A stretch of DNA of 64,000 nucleotides from Eledone cirrhosa. Its lineage: Eukaryota. The position numbers were made by a program, and so were the translations under genes. This document shows positions 26,195 through 40,900 of the stretch, in pieces; within the stretch, counting starts at the first letter, position 1, and each line of letters starts with the position of its first letter. Where the stretch lies: contig OZ024747.1 of NCBI GenBank assembly GCA_964016885.1, positions 2,790,001 to 2,854,000 of the forward strand. The letters run 5' to 3'. The notes beneath the pieces are model-generated. The model worked only from the letters and a program-made list of their open reading frames with translations. It was not told the origin of the DNA and did not search any database.

Positions 26195-28627
26195 GACACT
26201 CTGTCTGATACCTAAAGTACACGTCATGGAGTGCTTACGTCTATTAACATTACAGTTGGTCAATTGCTTGATGAACCAATGTTCTTTTCATCTGGAATAA
26301 TATATATATATATAATATATATATACATATATATGTGATGGCCATTTGTATAGTCTCTATCTGCCAAATTTCTATAAAATTCACCAACTTAAGTTTATGG
26401 TAGAAGCAACTTGCCCAAGGAGCTGTTCTGTGGAATGGACACCAAAACCATATTGCTGCAAACAAATTTCTTAACCACCTCACCATGCATATGTCCATTA
26501 GAATTTATGGGGAAATGCTTACCATGCAGATATTTTTGTCATTGCTTACTTATTTTATGTTGGTAGGCATTGTTTCACTTGTCTCGACTCAACAAACATG
26601 AAATGAAGTAGCTTGTTTAAGTACAAAATGTATAATTTGACATCAGAATTAAACCCATGACTTTATAATCACAAGACCAGCACTCTAACCCAGAAGCCAT
26701 ATAGCAAGATAGAGAACATTTTAAGTTTCTCACATTTAGTAAATTATATGATTGTTAGAAATATATTTTAAAAAATCAATTTCTTTTTATTTTATGTTAT
26801 CAAACATACAATCATAATACTGCATCAAAGTAATAAATATACAAACCAAACTAGTTATTGTATTAAGTAAACCATATCGATAGTTAACTATACTATTTCG
26901 GTGAAATACGTTAAAGTGGTGCTCTCTTCAGTTTTTATGTATTTTATCCTGAATTCTATCATTACTATATCTAATAAATGATACTAGTATTAGATTTGGT
27001 TTTTACATTATCCACCATGATAATTCTAAGAAAACTATCTTGTTTTCTATTCAGAAAGAATTATGTTGATAGTAAATCATGGCCATATTTTCCCAGTATC
27101 GTATGAAATAATAGCAATAGTTTTTCCTCACATCCATTGTATTTCACGATGATAAATTTCAGAGATTGTTTTCTGATACAACACATGAAAGATAGCCATG
27201 CCTATAATTGAGTGGGTTTCTAGGGAAAACTGGAAGACAGCAAGCATGAGAGATTAGCAGTTTTATGATATCCTGAAAGTTTATCTATCAGAAGCTGCAG
27301 TTTGTAGGAATTGGGAATACATAGATAGGATTGGAATTCTGTTCTGCAGAGCAAATGAAAGAAATAAGCATAATGGCTTCTCTGTCGGAAATAACATCGA
27401 TGTTGAAAAGATGTGAAGTTAAACTGGAGTTTGTACATCCAATGAATAAAGCAGAGAAAAAAAAAGGAATCACAAAAAGAAAAGAAAGAAACCATAGAAA
27501 AAGACTGCCATATAGTTGTTTAAAAGTACTGCATTTGGTAATGTGGTATTTGGTTACCAATCATTTTGATAAGCAGTTTAAATAGCAGTATCTATGAGAA
27601 TAACATAACCTAGATCTTCTTGGAGCTAAATTCTCATTCAATATGATTAAGATGACAATGAAACGTTTTAACAGTGACATTGAAAAGTATTTTTAAATCT
27701 TCCTCTTTCTTCTGTTGCAACAAATATAAGAAAATTTAGCATATACTGAGTAAATGATGAGAAACTTATAGGAAATGTTTTATTTAGAATTAGTGGGAAT
27801 TAAAATATATAATTTAATTTAATATTTCTCATAATAAAATGTATGATTTAGTATACGAGGAAAGAATCTATAGAAATTTAGAGATAGAAATTATGAAATA
27901 AATTTGAAGGGATAGGGGTCAAAGTTGAAAGTGAAGCTGGCTGATTAATTGAATCAATTTTGTTTGAATTGAAAATGGATTTTAATAAATAATACAAATT
28001 CAATTATCATCTTCTATACTGACCAAATAATTTAAGAAAGGCACATTGTAATAAAGTGTAGTAAAGCTCCCATACTATACTAATATCTATGCAGAGAATA
28101 TAGTTCATTCTCTATATTTTATTTTCAGGCATTACAATTAAAGGTAACCGCACACGTGTGTGTGTGCATGTCTGTCAGTATATCTGTGTGTGAGTGTTTG
28201 TATGTGTGTGTGTGAGTGTATGTGTGTATATATATGTGTATGTATGTGTGTGTGTTTGTGTGTATATATATGTGTATGCATGTGTGTGTGAGTGTATGTG
28301 TGTGTGTGTATGTGTTTGTGTATGTGTTTGTGTGTATATATATGTGTATGTATGTGTGTGTGTATGTGTGTGTGTTTGTGTATATATATGTGTATGTATG
28401 TGTGTGTGAGTGTATGTGTGTGTGTATGTGTTTGTGTGTATATATGTGTATGTATGTGTGTGTGTTTGTGTGTATATATATGTGTATGTATGTGTGTGTG
28501 TGCATATGTTGTGTATGTATGTTTGTGTTTTCTTTTGTCAAATTCTATTCAAAATATTAAAAATAATCATATTTATAACTGTCTTAGCTAATTGTGATTT
28601 TATATGAGAATTGGTGATTTGGTTTCA

Positions 28628-28732
28628 TACCTTCTTGACTAGTGGTCTTACCTTCTTGACCAGTGGTCTTACCTTCTAGAACAGTGGTCTTACCTTCTTG
28701 ACCAGTGGTCTTACCTTCTTGACCAGTGGTCT
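28628..28732. repeat. 21-bp tandem repeat x5 (TACCTTCTTGACCAGTGGTCT)
   Basis: Direct reading. Confidence 0.95.
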
Positions 28733-28824
28733 TCAGGCAGTTTTGGTAGATACACAGAAATGGTCATAGTATTTCGTCTTCTTTTTTTCTTTCTAAACTT
28801 TAATACTGTTTGTCCTTTAACACA

Positions 28825-28995
28825 TTAACCCTTTAGCATTTATACTGGCCATATCCGACCAGAATTCTCTCACCTCTTTCTGTTCAAACCAGCTGTAACT
28901 AGCCGTTCATACTGATGTTAAGGTATGGTTCTCAAAATAAAGAATATCAAAATGTCAGATAGATTCGATATTATGTGAGATAATTATGTAAGGTT
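28825..28995. mobile_element. Partial piggyBac-type MITE in the opposite orientation
   Basis: TTAA-CCCTTTAGCATTTA end and body reverse-complementary to 23791-24023. Confidence 0.7.
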
Positions 28996-31093
28996 TTGGA
29001 TAAGCAAAGACTACAGAAGAAGACATTTGTTTAAGGTGCCCTGGAGGATTGAACCTGAAACCATATGGCTGTGAAGTGAACTTCTTGATCAGACAGTAAT
29101 ACCTGTACCTACATATATGAATATTTCTGTAACTTTTATGTAAACAAATTTTCTGATGAAACTCTAATAGAGTTCTCAAAGTATTCTGTAAAAAAATACT
29201 TTGTTAAATGCTATGGAAACAGATAAGAGAAATTAAAATTAACAGAACAGAAATAATCTGTTGAAAATGCCAACAAAATCCAACTAATTCATAAAGCTTC
29301 ATCATGTTTAGCTTTTCATCAATCCCTGGAAAAACATTCAACTCTCAATAGCTCATTCCAATTAGCTATAAATATATACTGTGGTGTATATAGATCATTT
29401 GTTTTCAAATCTCTTAAACAAACTGTATAGGTCTTATCCATAGAAAGAGTTGTAGTTCATCATTTGAAATCTTATATAAATTCTAACATAATTTAGCTAA
29501 TATCATCAAATCTTTCAGTGGCAAAGACACCCTGACTCCCCAATCTACACCAAAATATTAACTGGAGAATCTTGGAAAAGAAAAAAAAATTTTTTGTTTC
29601 TAAATTCGAAAGTTGTATTTCAGAAAAAAATATAACATGTTTGAGTCTAGAAAATAAGGCACACTATACTTATCATCAAAACAATATCATATGAGCTAAA
29701 GAGGAGGAAGCCTCAATGAAGTTTTTTGACCTGTTAGAGATAGCAGCCAAATTATTATAAATAGTACCCATCATTGTAATAAAGAAAAGTAGATGTTACC
29801 CCAGATATGCATGATGACATGATGGTCATGGCTGAAATGTCTTTGACACTAGGTCTGCTCAATCAGGGTTGTCTTGGAGCTGAACAATAGACATCATACA
29901 CAACTATATACTGAAGAAAGAGGAGGCTCAAATGAGATGCTGTCAACAGTCTATACCCCTACTTCCATTCCTACCCTATCAGCTCTTCAGACAATATCGA
30001 CATTAGTTCTGTGCATTGATTGAATTAGAAGCAAATGAAATGAATTTACTGAAAGACAGTAAAATACTTATTATTAAATATGGGGTGATGGTAAATATAT
30101 ATCTGAATCTATTAATAAAAATTCCAAATAAAATCCCTCTCAGTAAATATAGCAAGGAACAAAAATAGAATCAACTGGAAACCATATTAAATAATATCTA
30201 TTAATCATTCACATTTTTTCAAACTTTTTTTTCATATTAGCGTGAATTGGATTCTGTGTGAATTGCACAATGACATATGTTTTCAATCTTGATTAAATAA
30301 TAAAAAGTTGCATGCTTTGCCATAGGGAAGAGCCTAATATTGGTAACAGGAAGTGAACTTATGTCTGATGTTACGTCAATGGTACAGCAACGGAATTGTT
30401 CAGCTCTTTTCTTCTCCAACAAAGACCCTTATATGAACCACTTTATATTTCATCCTAAGGCATAATACCATACCTTTTTTCAGAAAACAGCAAATACTTT
30501 CTAAAATGTTCAACTATTGTACATTTTTAGAAAATCCATTCACAAAAGAAAAATATTTGAGATTACTTTATTTTTATCAGGGTTACGGTAAAAAATATAT
30601 TAGATTACTGGTATTGATTTAAATTTCATACTCCAAACAGTTTCAGAATTAAAAATTAATTGAACCAATCCAGCTTTATATATGGGCATTTCTCCTAAAT
30701 ATCAGAATTTGATACAATTGAGAGATGATTTAGAGAAGCAGAATAATGTAATTATTGAAAATAATATGAAGAAAGAAATATATAATAATATCATCTTTCA
30801 GTATTATATTCAATATCAATGGATATCACTAATAAGATGATAATTAAGGAGGTTTAGGTGACATACATATATATCTATGTGGTTTTGGGTGCTACCTTGT
30901 GTGTCTTCTATCCTATGTTCAGATTGACCAAAGCTTTGTGAAAATATATTGGTAAAAGAAAGCTGTGGAAATCTATAGAAAGGATCATTTCTATCGTGTG
31001 TGTGTGTGGGGGGGGGGGGGTTAACAGAGTCCACTCTAGAAAATATTAGAACCAGGTCTCAGAGCTAAAAGTAATTTCTTCCTACTAATCATA

Positions 31094-31366
31094 GAGTTGC
31101 GTGGCCTGATGGTAAGGGTGGTGAACTTATAATCATAATATGGGTTCGATTCCTGGGTTGTGTTCTCAAGCAAGACACTTCATTTCATGTTGCTCCAGTA
31201 TACTCAGCTGAAACTGAGAACCAGCAATAGCTGGGGTGGGGCGTTAACCCTGCAATGGACTGTCACCCTGTCTAGACAGTGGGAGTCTTGTACTCTCAGT
31301 CGCTTAATGCCACAGAAACTGGATAAGCACAGGCTTGATGAGCTTCCAGGCTTGGAACAGACTTTA
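31094..31366 (+). mobile_element. tRNA-derived SINE, family C
   Basis: A-box TGGCCTGATGG, B-box GGTTCGATTCC, body CAAGCAAGACACTT..TTGCTCCAGT. A related tail fragment is on the minus strand at 62290-62470. Confidence 0.75.
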
Positions 31367-33279
31367 GACATGTTTTAGAGTCATAGAGGCCTTGAAATAT
31401 TTTACCATTCTTTCACTGACTAAATCAATATTTTAAAGCTAAATATGTTTAAATTGAGGTCTCTCAGTTTTCTATTGTAACTCTTTCACTTCATCTTAGT
31501 GATTTTAGAAAGTCATGAATGCCACAACTTCTTTCTGTCTATCTGTCTCTCTCTCTTTCACTTTCTTTTCATCTAGATTCTCTCATCTCTCTCTCTCTTT
31601 CTCTTTCTCTCTCCTAGGTTCAATAAGTTTAGAATATTTGTAGATGGATAGATATCTGTATTTCAGTGTACTTTGATAGTGAGATTAAAAACATGTGTTT
31701 GTATGTGTTGCATTTCCCTACACACACACATGTATGTATAAATATATTTTATTTGGCTGGATTTAGGCACAAGACCATACATTTGTGACAAGGAGTTTAT
31801 TGATTAAATGAAATCTAGTATGTAAATAATATTTCATTGACTTCAGAAGAGGATTTGAACACAAAATGTAAAGAACTGTAAAGAAAAGTGAACACAGAGA
31901 ACAGCAAGATTTGAACTTAAAATGTTAAATACTAAATATCACAATACATTTTGTCCAATACTCTAACATTTCTGCTAATCTACTGTCTTACAATGAAAAC
32001 TAAATATTATTGTGGAACATAATGTCTAAAAGATTAAGGTATAAACACACGTGATCCACAATAACAAATATTGTGTTAGATTCATGATTTAAGTCTTTTC
32101 ACTTTAACAAACCACCCTAGCTGATGTTTTGAAATGTAAACATATCTCACATCTTCTCACCAATATTTATAAGGCTTCATATAATACTTATTTTGGAACT
32201 ACTAATTATTCTTATTAATGTTGCTTTCAATTTTAATTTTCTTGTTTGAAGAAGGAGCAGAATAATGATTAGAAAAAGCAAAAAAAAACAAAAAACAGTA
32301 GAAAACAAAGAAAATGAAAATAAATCAACATCAATTATAACTTGAAATGAAGATAATGGTTTCAGTGCTAAGTTTATATAATTCATTACTTTTATTATCT
32401 TCATTAATTTAAAGTAGTGAATGAAATCTTTAAAATGAAAGGAAAAAAATTGTTAACAAATAAGCTAAAGGAAAACTTCATTTCCTTTTTCTGTGTTACT
32501 TAGATATATTTTCACTTTTAAGTTTTGACTATAGATAATTTCCTGTATGTTAATAGAGTATGTTTCTTTTTTCATTTGATTATTAGCTAAATAAAATTTA
32601 TGAAAATTAATTGAATGACTATACAATTGATTGATAAAGGAGGAAAATAGAAAAATGAAACACAACTTCTATAATACCAATATGAAAGTAATCTTTTATG
32701 AGATAATCAATAGTGTCTGCTCAATTATTTTTTTCTTTTTGTGTCATTCTGTGGCATTAATCTATATGTAAACAACTGTATAGATTAACTGAAGATTGAA
32801 GATTTCTTCGAAAACTGTCTTCTTACATTCATATACATTTTATTTGCCATGTGAATTGTTTCTCATGTGTGCAGTTGCAACACTGAACATAAAAAAAGAG
32901 GGTATTTAATACATTTATTTTGTTTCTATCTTTTCTAAAGCTATTTTTGAATATAAGTATTTTAAAAAGTTAATCAGAAAGCTATTTTTCTCAGGTTGTA
33001 AACCAGGCATGGGGACACTTGCTTTCTATTTTTTCTCCACATCTGTAGTAAAATATAATTGTTTCTACTTTAGGCACAAGGCCAGCAATTACCCAGTAAA
33101 ATATAATTGTTTCTACTATTGGCACAAGGCCAGAAAATTACCCAGTACATTACTGGTACTTTATTTTATCGACCCCGTAAGGATGTAAAATATAATAATA
33201 TATATTCACTGGCTTACTAACATATAAGTCTCTCTGTCCCTTCATTACATTTTATTCTGCTATAGGCACCTGAAGCAGG

Positions 33280-33517
33280 GTTTTCTGTTTCCTTCCATGG
33301 GAAACATAACCTGCCAATCATTGGCTGCAGCAGATATTACAAACACATTACACTTGATAAGACTGCAGACCTCTCTTTCACATTCACATAACAACACACA
33401 GTAAGCCACATAAAACACAGCTCGCATACAACAGCAGCAGTTACTATACAACTCTATAGCAGGATACACATTTCAGTTAAACAACACGCTGGACAGGATT
33501 TACAAGCAGAGGTGAGT
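33280..33517 (+). promoter_or_regulatory. Candidate promoter and non-coding first exon ending at donor GAG|GTGAGT (33511/33512)
   Basis: Non-repetitive island with X-box-like TTCCATGGGAAAC, palindromic double CCAAT GCCAATCATTGGC (33313-33325) and a strong donor. Same strand as the protocadherin. Confidence 0.5.
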
Positions 33518-34112
33518 GTTTCATTCCTTTTGTTGTTTTTTACCTTTCACAAGAGTTTATAAAAAAGAATCATTTCAATTGCTACTTCATTATTTTTTAT
33601 TTTTAGTAAACTAATGTCTGTCATAGTTAAATAATAGTTTATTAGTAAAAACAGGATAAATTCATAGTACTTTATCATAACTATCAAACTACATCAGTGA
33701 CTCAAATAGCTGCAGTTTCGTGTCTACTGTTACATGTGATGGATGTTCACAAGTATTCAACTCCAGACCCTTGAGTCACAGATGTAGCTTCAGTTCTATA
33801 AGTTTTCTAAAACACGAAACTCCAGGACCCTGAGTTACTAATGTAGCTTCATGACTGTATATTTAGTACTTTCTTCACGTGTTTGGTTCTTCTGTTATGC
33901 TAATAATACTATGAAATTATTATTATTATTATTATTTTCATTTTATTTTTATTAGAGAACTATAGTGAAATTACAAAATACAAATGTTGACAAATTTTAA
34001 CTTGATATTTCAAATGGTATACTTATGTTTTCATTAGATTAAAGTATTACTGACACTTTCTACTTTCTAAACACACAAACACACATACACACACACACAC
34101 ATACACACATAC

Positions 34113-34147
<35 letters not shown>

Positions 34148-34470
34148 CATACACCCTGCTCTCAAAATAAAAACAAAACAATGCCAATGAGATAGTTTTT
34201 ATAAATTCATTACAATAAAAGTAAAAACTACTTTTATGTAATACAATGTTTTTTAAGAGGAAAATGAAAATTTAATCAAATGTTATCATTTATTTTATTT
34301 CTAAAAATACTTGTGGAATCTTTTAAAGTCTAAACAAATGGAGAGAAAAAATATCTGCCCCCGCCTCGACAGACTTCAACAATTTATAACAATACTTTCC
34401 CAGACTTCCTATCCATTTTTTCTCTCAAACACAACACACTCTCTCTATTTCTCTCATGTTCTCTCTCCAT

Positions 34471-34503
<33 letters not shown>

Positions 34504-35142
34504 AATATGTACACACAGACACATGCACATATACATATACATACATACATACATACACACATATATATATATGTATATATGTAGATATATGTATATATAT
34601 ATATATATGTATATATGTATATATATATATACATACATATATCTAAATATGTATGTATATATGTATGTATATATATGTTCTATTTCATTTTCTTTCTCGT
34701 TCTCTTTCTCAGATTTTCACTTTCTTTTAGTCTAGATTCCTCTCTCTCTCTCATCTTCCTCTCTATCTCTATCTCTGTCTCTTTTCATTTTTCTTTCTTT
34801 TTCTCTTTCTCTCTTTATCTCTCTCTCTCTCTCTCTCTCTCCTCTTCCTCTCTCTTTCTCTCTCTATCCCTCTCTATTTATACCACTGCTATCTCTTCCC
34901 CCCTCTCTCTCTCTATATATATATATATATGTTTCTATCTATTTTACTATATCTTCTCATATTTTCACCCTCTCTCATATATTCCACTCTTTCTCCCTCT
35001 CTTTCTCTCTCTCTACCCCTATATCTCTCTTCCTTTCTATTTCTCTCACTTCTCTTTACACCTTCTCAGCTTAATCTTTCATTTCTTTCAATCAATTTCC
35101 TTCTCCGCTATATCTCTCTCAGCCCCCCCCCCCCTCACTATC

Positions 35143-35220
<78 letters not shown>

Positions 35221-35332
35221 CATATATATATATACACATATATATGTGTGTGTGTGAATATATATACAGATATATATGTATATATATATGTATGTGTGTG
35301 TATATATATATATATATATACATACTTATATA

Positions 35333-35431
<99 letters not shown>

Positions 35432-36390
35432 GTGTGTATATATATATATATATGTATGTATGTGGTATATATACACACACACACACACGCAGACATACAC
35501 ACACATACACAAGCACATACATATATCTGTTTGTGTGCGTTTTTTTATATTTTTACTAGTTACCTTTTCTTTTCCTTCCTTGGAGTTTTTTTTATAAATG
35601 TCAGATTATTTCTTCACCTATCTTAGAAATGACATATGGATCCTTTTTTGTTGCTGTTGTTCTTGTTGCTGTTATTGTTACTGTTGTTGTTGCTGTTATT
35701 GTTACTGTTGTTGTTCTTCTTACTTTGGTAGTATATATTTTTTTTGTGGCTGTTCTTGTTATTTTTGGTGTTATCATCATCATCATCCTCATCATCATTA
35801 TTATGTTGTTATTATTATTTTTATTACCAACATTTCCCTGTCTCTGCATGTGCTGCCAATCCTATCTAAAAACTGATGTTCCCTCAGTATTCTAAGTACA
35901 ATGTTGCTCTCAAATGTGATGTTTAAACAGTTCTTTATATCCCATCACGGGCTATATTGACAATTTTCCTGCTTTCACTCACTTTTTCAGTAGATTTTTT
36001 TAAAGATTTTATATGGATGTGTATATATTTGTATGTGTATGTATATATATATATATATATTTATATATTTATATACATACACATACATATATATATATAT
36101 ACACACATACCCACATACACTCTGCATCTCCCCATGAATTGAGGACTCCCATGATTAGCTGCCTCCCCAGTCTCAGTACTGCAGACTCTATAAAGATATA
36201 TATATATAAATATATATATATATTTATATATATATATGTATGTATGTATATATATATATGTATGTATATATATATATATGTATGTATATATATATAAATA
36301 TATATATATATAAATATATATATATATGTATGTATGTATATATATATATGTATGTATATATATATATGTGTATGTATATATATATATATG

Positions 36391-36461
<71 letters not shown>

Positions 36462-36526
36462 ATATATATATATATAAATATATATATATATTTATATATA
36501 TATATGTATGTATGTATATATATATG

Positions 36527-36612
<86 letters not shown>

Positions 36613-37778
36613 GTCTTTTACTCTTTTTTTACCTGTTCCAGCCACCCGGTGTGTATGTATCAACATTTGTAAATAAACATTCAGAGCAACGAATGAATTG
36701 AAATTCTGAGAAAATGTAAAAAATCTTGAAAGCAGATAATAACTGTAAACACAGTTAATTGCTATAAATAATAACTTAGAAAATTTAGTGAAATCCTCCT
36801 ATAGCTAGAAAACAATGACAAGTAGCCACAGCAGGGAATCAAGCTGTGGACCTCTCGATATTCTGTAGCATCACCTGGTCCTTATCTCCATCTATAGGAT
36901 ATTTCACTTGATTTTCTAAGCTATTGTTCCTAGCAATCAACTGTGTTCACAGTTATTTTCTCTGTTTGAGACTTTGTACATTTTCTAAGTATCATGACCA
37001 TCATCATTGCAGTTTAATGTCCATTTTTCCATGCTAGCATGGGTTAGACTAGTTGCCCTTTTGTGAGCAATACCAGGTCAGATGACCATGTCTTGCTCCA
37101 ACACAACTGATTTTGGCTCAGTTTCTACAGCTGGATGCCCTTCCTAACACCAACCACATTTGCAGTGAGTACTGGGTGCTTTGTGTTGTATCACCATCAC
37201 AGTCACTTTACAATGTGGGCTGGGCACCTTATGTATGTATATATATTTATATATATATATTTGCACACTATCATTACATAAATATATACAAATATCTTGT
37301 GTGTTTATCTCTCTCTCTCTCTGTATATATATATAGAGAGAGAGAGGGGGTCCCTACCCATACTAGCATGGAAGATGGACGTTAAACGATGATGATGATG
37401 ATATATGTATATATACATGAAGGGTTTGTAGTTAGTATGTTTGGATAATGATTGTATGATCATAATTTCAATTCCTAGATCAAGCAGTGCAGTGTGTCCT
37501 TGAGCAAGACTCTTTATTTCATGTTGCTCCAGTCCACTCATCTGGCAAAATTGAGTTGTACCTATAATTAGGTATATAAGTGTTTATTATTGGCACACAT
37601 TGTGCCACACTGAATCTCCCTGAGAACTTCGTAAATGAGTCTGTGGAATGCTCAGCCATTTACATGTAATTTCAAGAGCAAGCAGTTCTATTTATTGACT
37701 CAACTATAGCAATCACCGTAAATGATGGAGGACCAACAAAACACACACACACACATATATATATTGATATATATAACA

Positions 37779-37822
<44 letters not shown>

Positions 37823-37855
37823 ATGTATAGACATATATATATATACATACAGATA

Positions 37856-37891
<36 letters not shown>

Positions 37892-38084
37892 CACCTATAC
37901 ATACAGTCTTATACGAGCAGGACAACCAATCTTGCCTCAAGTGAGAAAACTCCTGTCCAAACCCATGCAAGCATGGAAGATGGACGTTAAACGACGATGA
38001 TGATGATGATGATGATGATGATATGTGTATATATATATATATATATCAAAGTAAAGTTATATATACATATGTATATGTATAATG

Positions 38085-38189
<105 letters not shown>

Positions 38190-38204
38190 ATGTATGTGTA
38201 TATA

Positions 38205-38263
<59 letters not shown>

Positions 38264-38344
38264 TATTCCGGGTTGAATCGGAGGTAACCACAGTAAGTAA
38301 GGTACTCAATACATTGCAGAGTATAAAAGTTTTAATATAGATGA

Positions 38345-38393
38345 GATTCTACAGAACTAGAACTGTTTCATTCTTTAGAAATCATCAGGAATC
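38345..38393 (-). ncRNA. Type I hammerhead ribozyme, left arm of palindrome
   Basis: Minus strand GATTC CTGATGA TTTCTAAAGAAT GAA ACAG TTCTAGTT CTGT A GAATC. Confidence 0.8.
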
Positions 38394-38396
38394 AGG

Positions 38397-38445
38397 GATT
38401 CCTGATGATTTCTAAAGAATGAAACAGTTCTAGTCCTGTAGAATC
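38397..38445 (+). ncRNA. Type I hammerhead ribozyme, right arm of palindrome
   Basis: GATTC CTGATGA TTTCTAAAGAAT GAA ACAG TTCTAGTC CTGT A GAATC. Stem I is GATTC/GAATC, the core is intact, stem III is ACAG/CTGT, and the cleavage triplet is GUA. Confidence 0.8.
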
Positions 38446-38448
38446 TCA

Positions 38449-38527
<79 letters not shown>

Positions 38528-38912
38528 ATATATGTGTGTAAACACACACACACGTATATATATATGGTTTTTATATATATATATAAACATTGATTAACTT
38601 TTCAAAAGTTAATCATAAAAATTCAGGAAACTGTTTTGTTCAGTAATTTATTTGTTTGTTTCTCCGTTAGATTTTCTTTTCTTCTTTCAATTAAATAATT
38701 AATAGGTGAAAAAGGTTATCTTTAAACATTGTTGTGACCAACCAGAAATCAATTAGCGACTGAACTGTGTGTATGTATATGCATAGGTATATCCATATAT
38801 ATGTTTACATACATATATATTTATATATATATATATAAATATATATATGCATATATATATATATATATACATATATATATACATATATATGTATATATAC
38901 ATATATATATAA

Positions 38913-39023
<111 letters not shown>

Positions 39024-39589
39024 TACATATATATATATACACACACACACCACACACATATATATGTGTGTGTATTTATTTATTTATGAATGCAAGTGTG
39101 TGTGTGTATGTGAGTGTCTTCAGCTTATACCATGAGGGCAACAAAGCTACAAAGAGAAATTATAATGATCTTTATTATTGTTTTGAAACAGTTTGTAAAT
39201 ATTTAAGTGGAACACATTAGTTTTATCCAAATATTGTCTTATCTTCAGATCACTGCCGTCAACACAAGAACTAATCATGATCAAGCTCAAAATATAAATA
39301 AATATATAAAGGTATAATTAAAAAAACATAAACTGAAAGAAAAGAAAAAACTTGTGTGATCGATTAATGATGACACAAAATCTTTGGCTAAGATTAATAT
39401 GGTATTTAGTTGTAGCATTAATTGAACCTTTGCCAATTATATTGGTCACTAGAATCTTTTCTCAGAATACTGCGATAAAAACTAAACATAAAGGACAAAA
39501 TAAAGGAAATATGAAAAACATTATATCTCCAATATATGATGAATTTTAAATAGTTGGAATCTTGGATAAGGACTTACAGAATAATATTG

Positions 39590-39960
39590 TGAATACCAGC
39601 GGCTGAAATGGGGTCTTTGGAGTAACATTACTCAATAGAGTGTGTAGCTCAGAGATGAGAGTGTCACTTCAGGTAGAGTCGCTACTTCTCTGAATTAAGA
39701 GATAACACCAGCCACTACTAGGGGCATTTGGTTAGAATATCTCAGGAAAGAATTGCTGGACAGATTTTATGGGCAAATCTAAGTGGCAGAAGACCCAGGG
39801 GTAGACACTGAACAAGAGGGTTGGATAACATGCATGAGCTTGGCTGATCATTCTTGAGGATCCAGCTGGATCAGTTGGAGACACTTGCCTCTGATTGGAC
39901 CTGCCGGAAGTAATGTTTGAGGACTTTGCTCCCACAACCCTCTCAGGAATAAGAAGTGTC
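39590..39960 (+). mobile_element. RTE-clade LINE 3' relic
   Basis: Translation with stops reads GVTLLNRVCSSEMRVSLQVESLLL..GHLVRISQERIAGQIL..GRRPRGR. Confidence 0.75.
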
Positions 39961-40048
39961 TTGAACACGATATTAAACACTTCCACAACATGTTTTGACC
40001 AGCCTTTGCCGCCATGGAAAAGCAGATGTAAAATCAATGATGATAACA

Positions 40049-40376
40049 ATAATTGTTTCCAGCAATTACCCAGTACATTACTGGTACTTTATTTTATCGA
40101 ACCCCTAAGGATGAAAGGTAAAATTAACCTCGGCGGGATTTGAACTCAGATCGTAAAGGGATATAACTATGCTGCAAAGCATGGCGTCCGACCCTCTACC
40201 GATACTACCAATTCCCCGCCCCTGATGATAATAATAATGGTTTCTGATTTAGACACAAAGCTAACAATTTGTTTTTTTATATGGGTGGGGGAATCGATTA
40301 AATTGACCCCAGTGTATTACTGGTGCTTTATTTTATCGACCCCAACACATAAGGATGAAAGGTAAAGCTCACCTCA
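40049..40376 (-). mobile_element. Two adjacent SINE family B copies
   Basis: Family B core at about 40080 and about 40320. Confidence 0.8.
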
Positions 40377-40510
40377 CATGATAATGATGATAGTAATGAT
40401 AAGATATATATATATCTATATTTGCATGTGTATGTGTATATAATACTAATATGTGTGTGTGTGTGTCTTTGTGGATAATACTAATGTGTGTGTGTATGTG
40501 TTTGTGTGTA

Positions 40511-40612
40511 TAATACTAATATTACTATAATACTAATATTACTATAATACTAATATTACTATAATACTAATATTACTATAATACTAATATTACTATAATA
40601 CTAATATTACTA
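40511..40612. repeat. 17-bp tandem repeat x6 (TAATACTAATATTACTA)
   Basis: Direct reading. Confidence 0.9.
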
Positions 40613-40780
40613 AGGATGTGAGTTTATTGAAGAAAGAGAAGTGAACACATAAGTAATTATTGATGAAATTGAAAGTACAATTCTTCACAGCAACGGGCCT
40701 GTTTCATCTCCTTAGAGAACATATATATATTTTTGTGTATATATATGTATATATATATATATATATACAAATGGACATAC

Positions 40781-40815
<35 letters not shown>

Positions 40816-40841
40816 AATATATATATTTATATATACATATA

Positions 40842-40900
<59 letters not shown>

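Noticed and set aside
27190-27600. Host exon (84-aa ORF)
   Set aside because: No splice context. It faintly resembles a very decayed LINE reverse transcriptase but is too weak to call.
32789-32820. Hammerhead-like CTGAAGA..GAAGA/TCTTC..GAAA
   Set aside because: No convincing stem I or stem III and no second copy.
34615-35559. 314-aa ORF and the many other YI/CV/HT/SL-rich ORFs
   Set aside because: These are translations of (TA)n, (TG)n and (CT)n microsatellites that lack stop codons.
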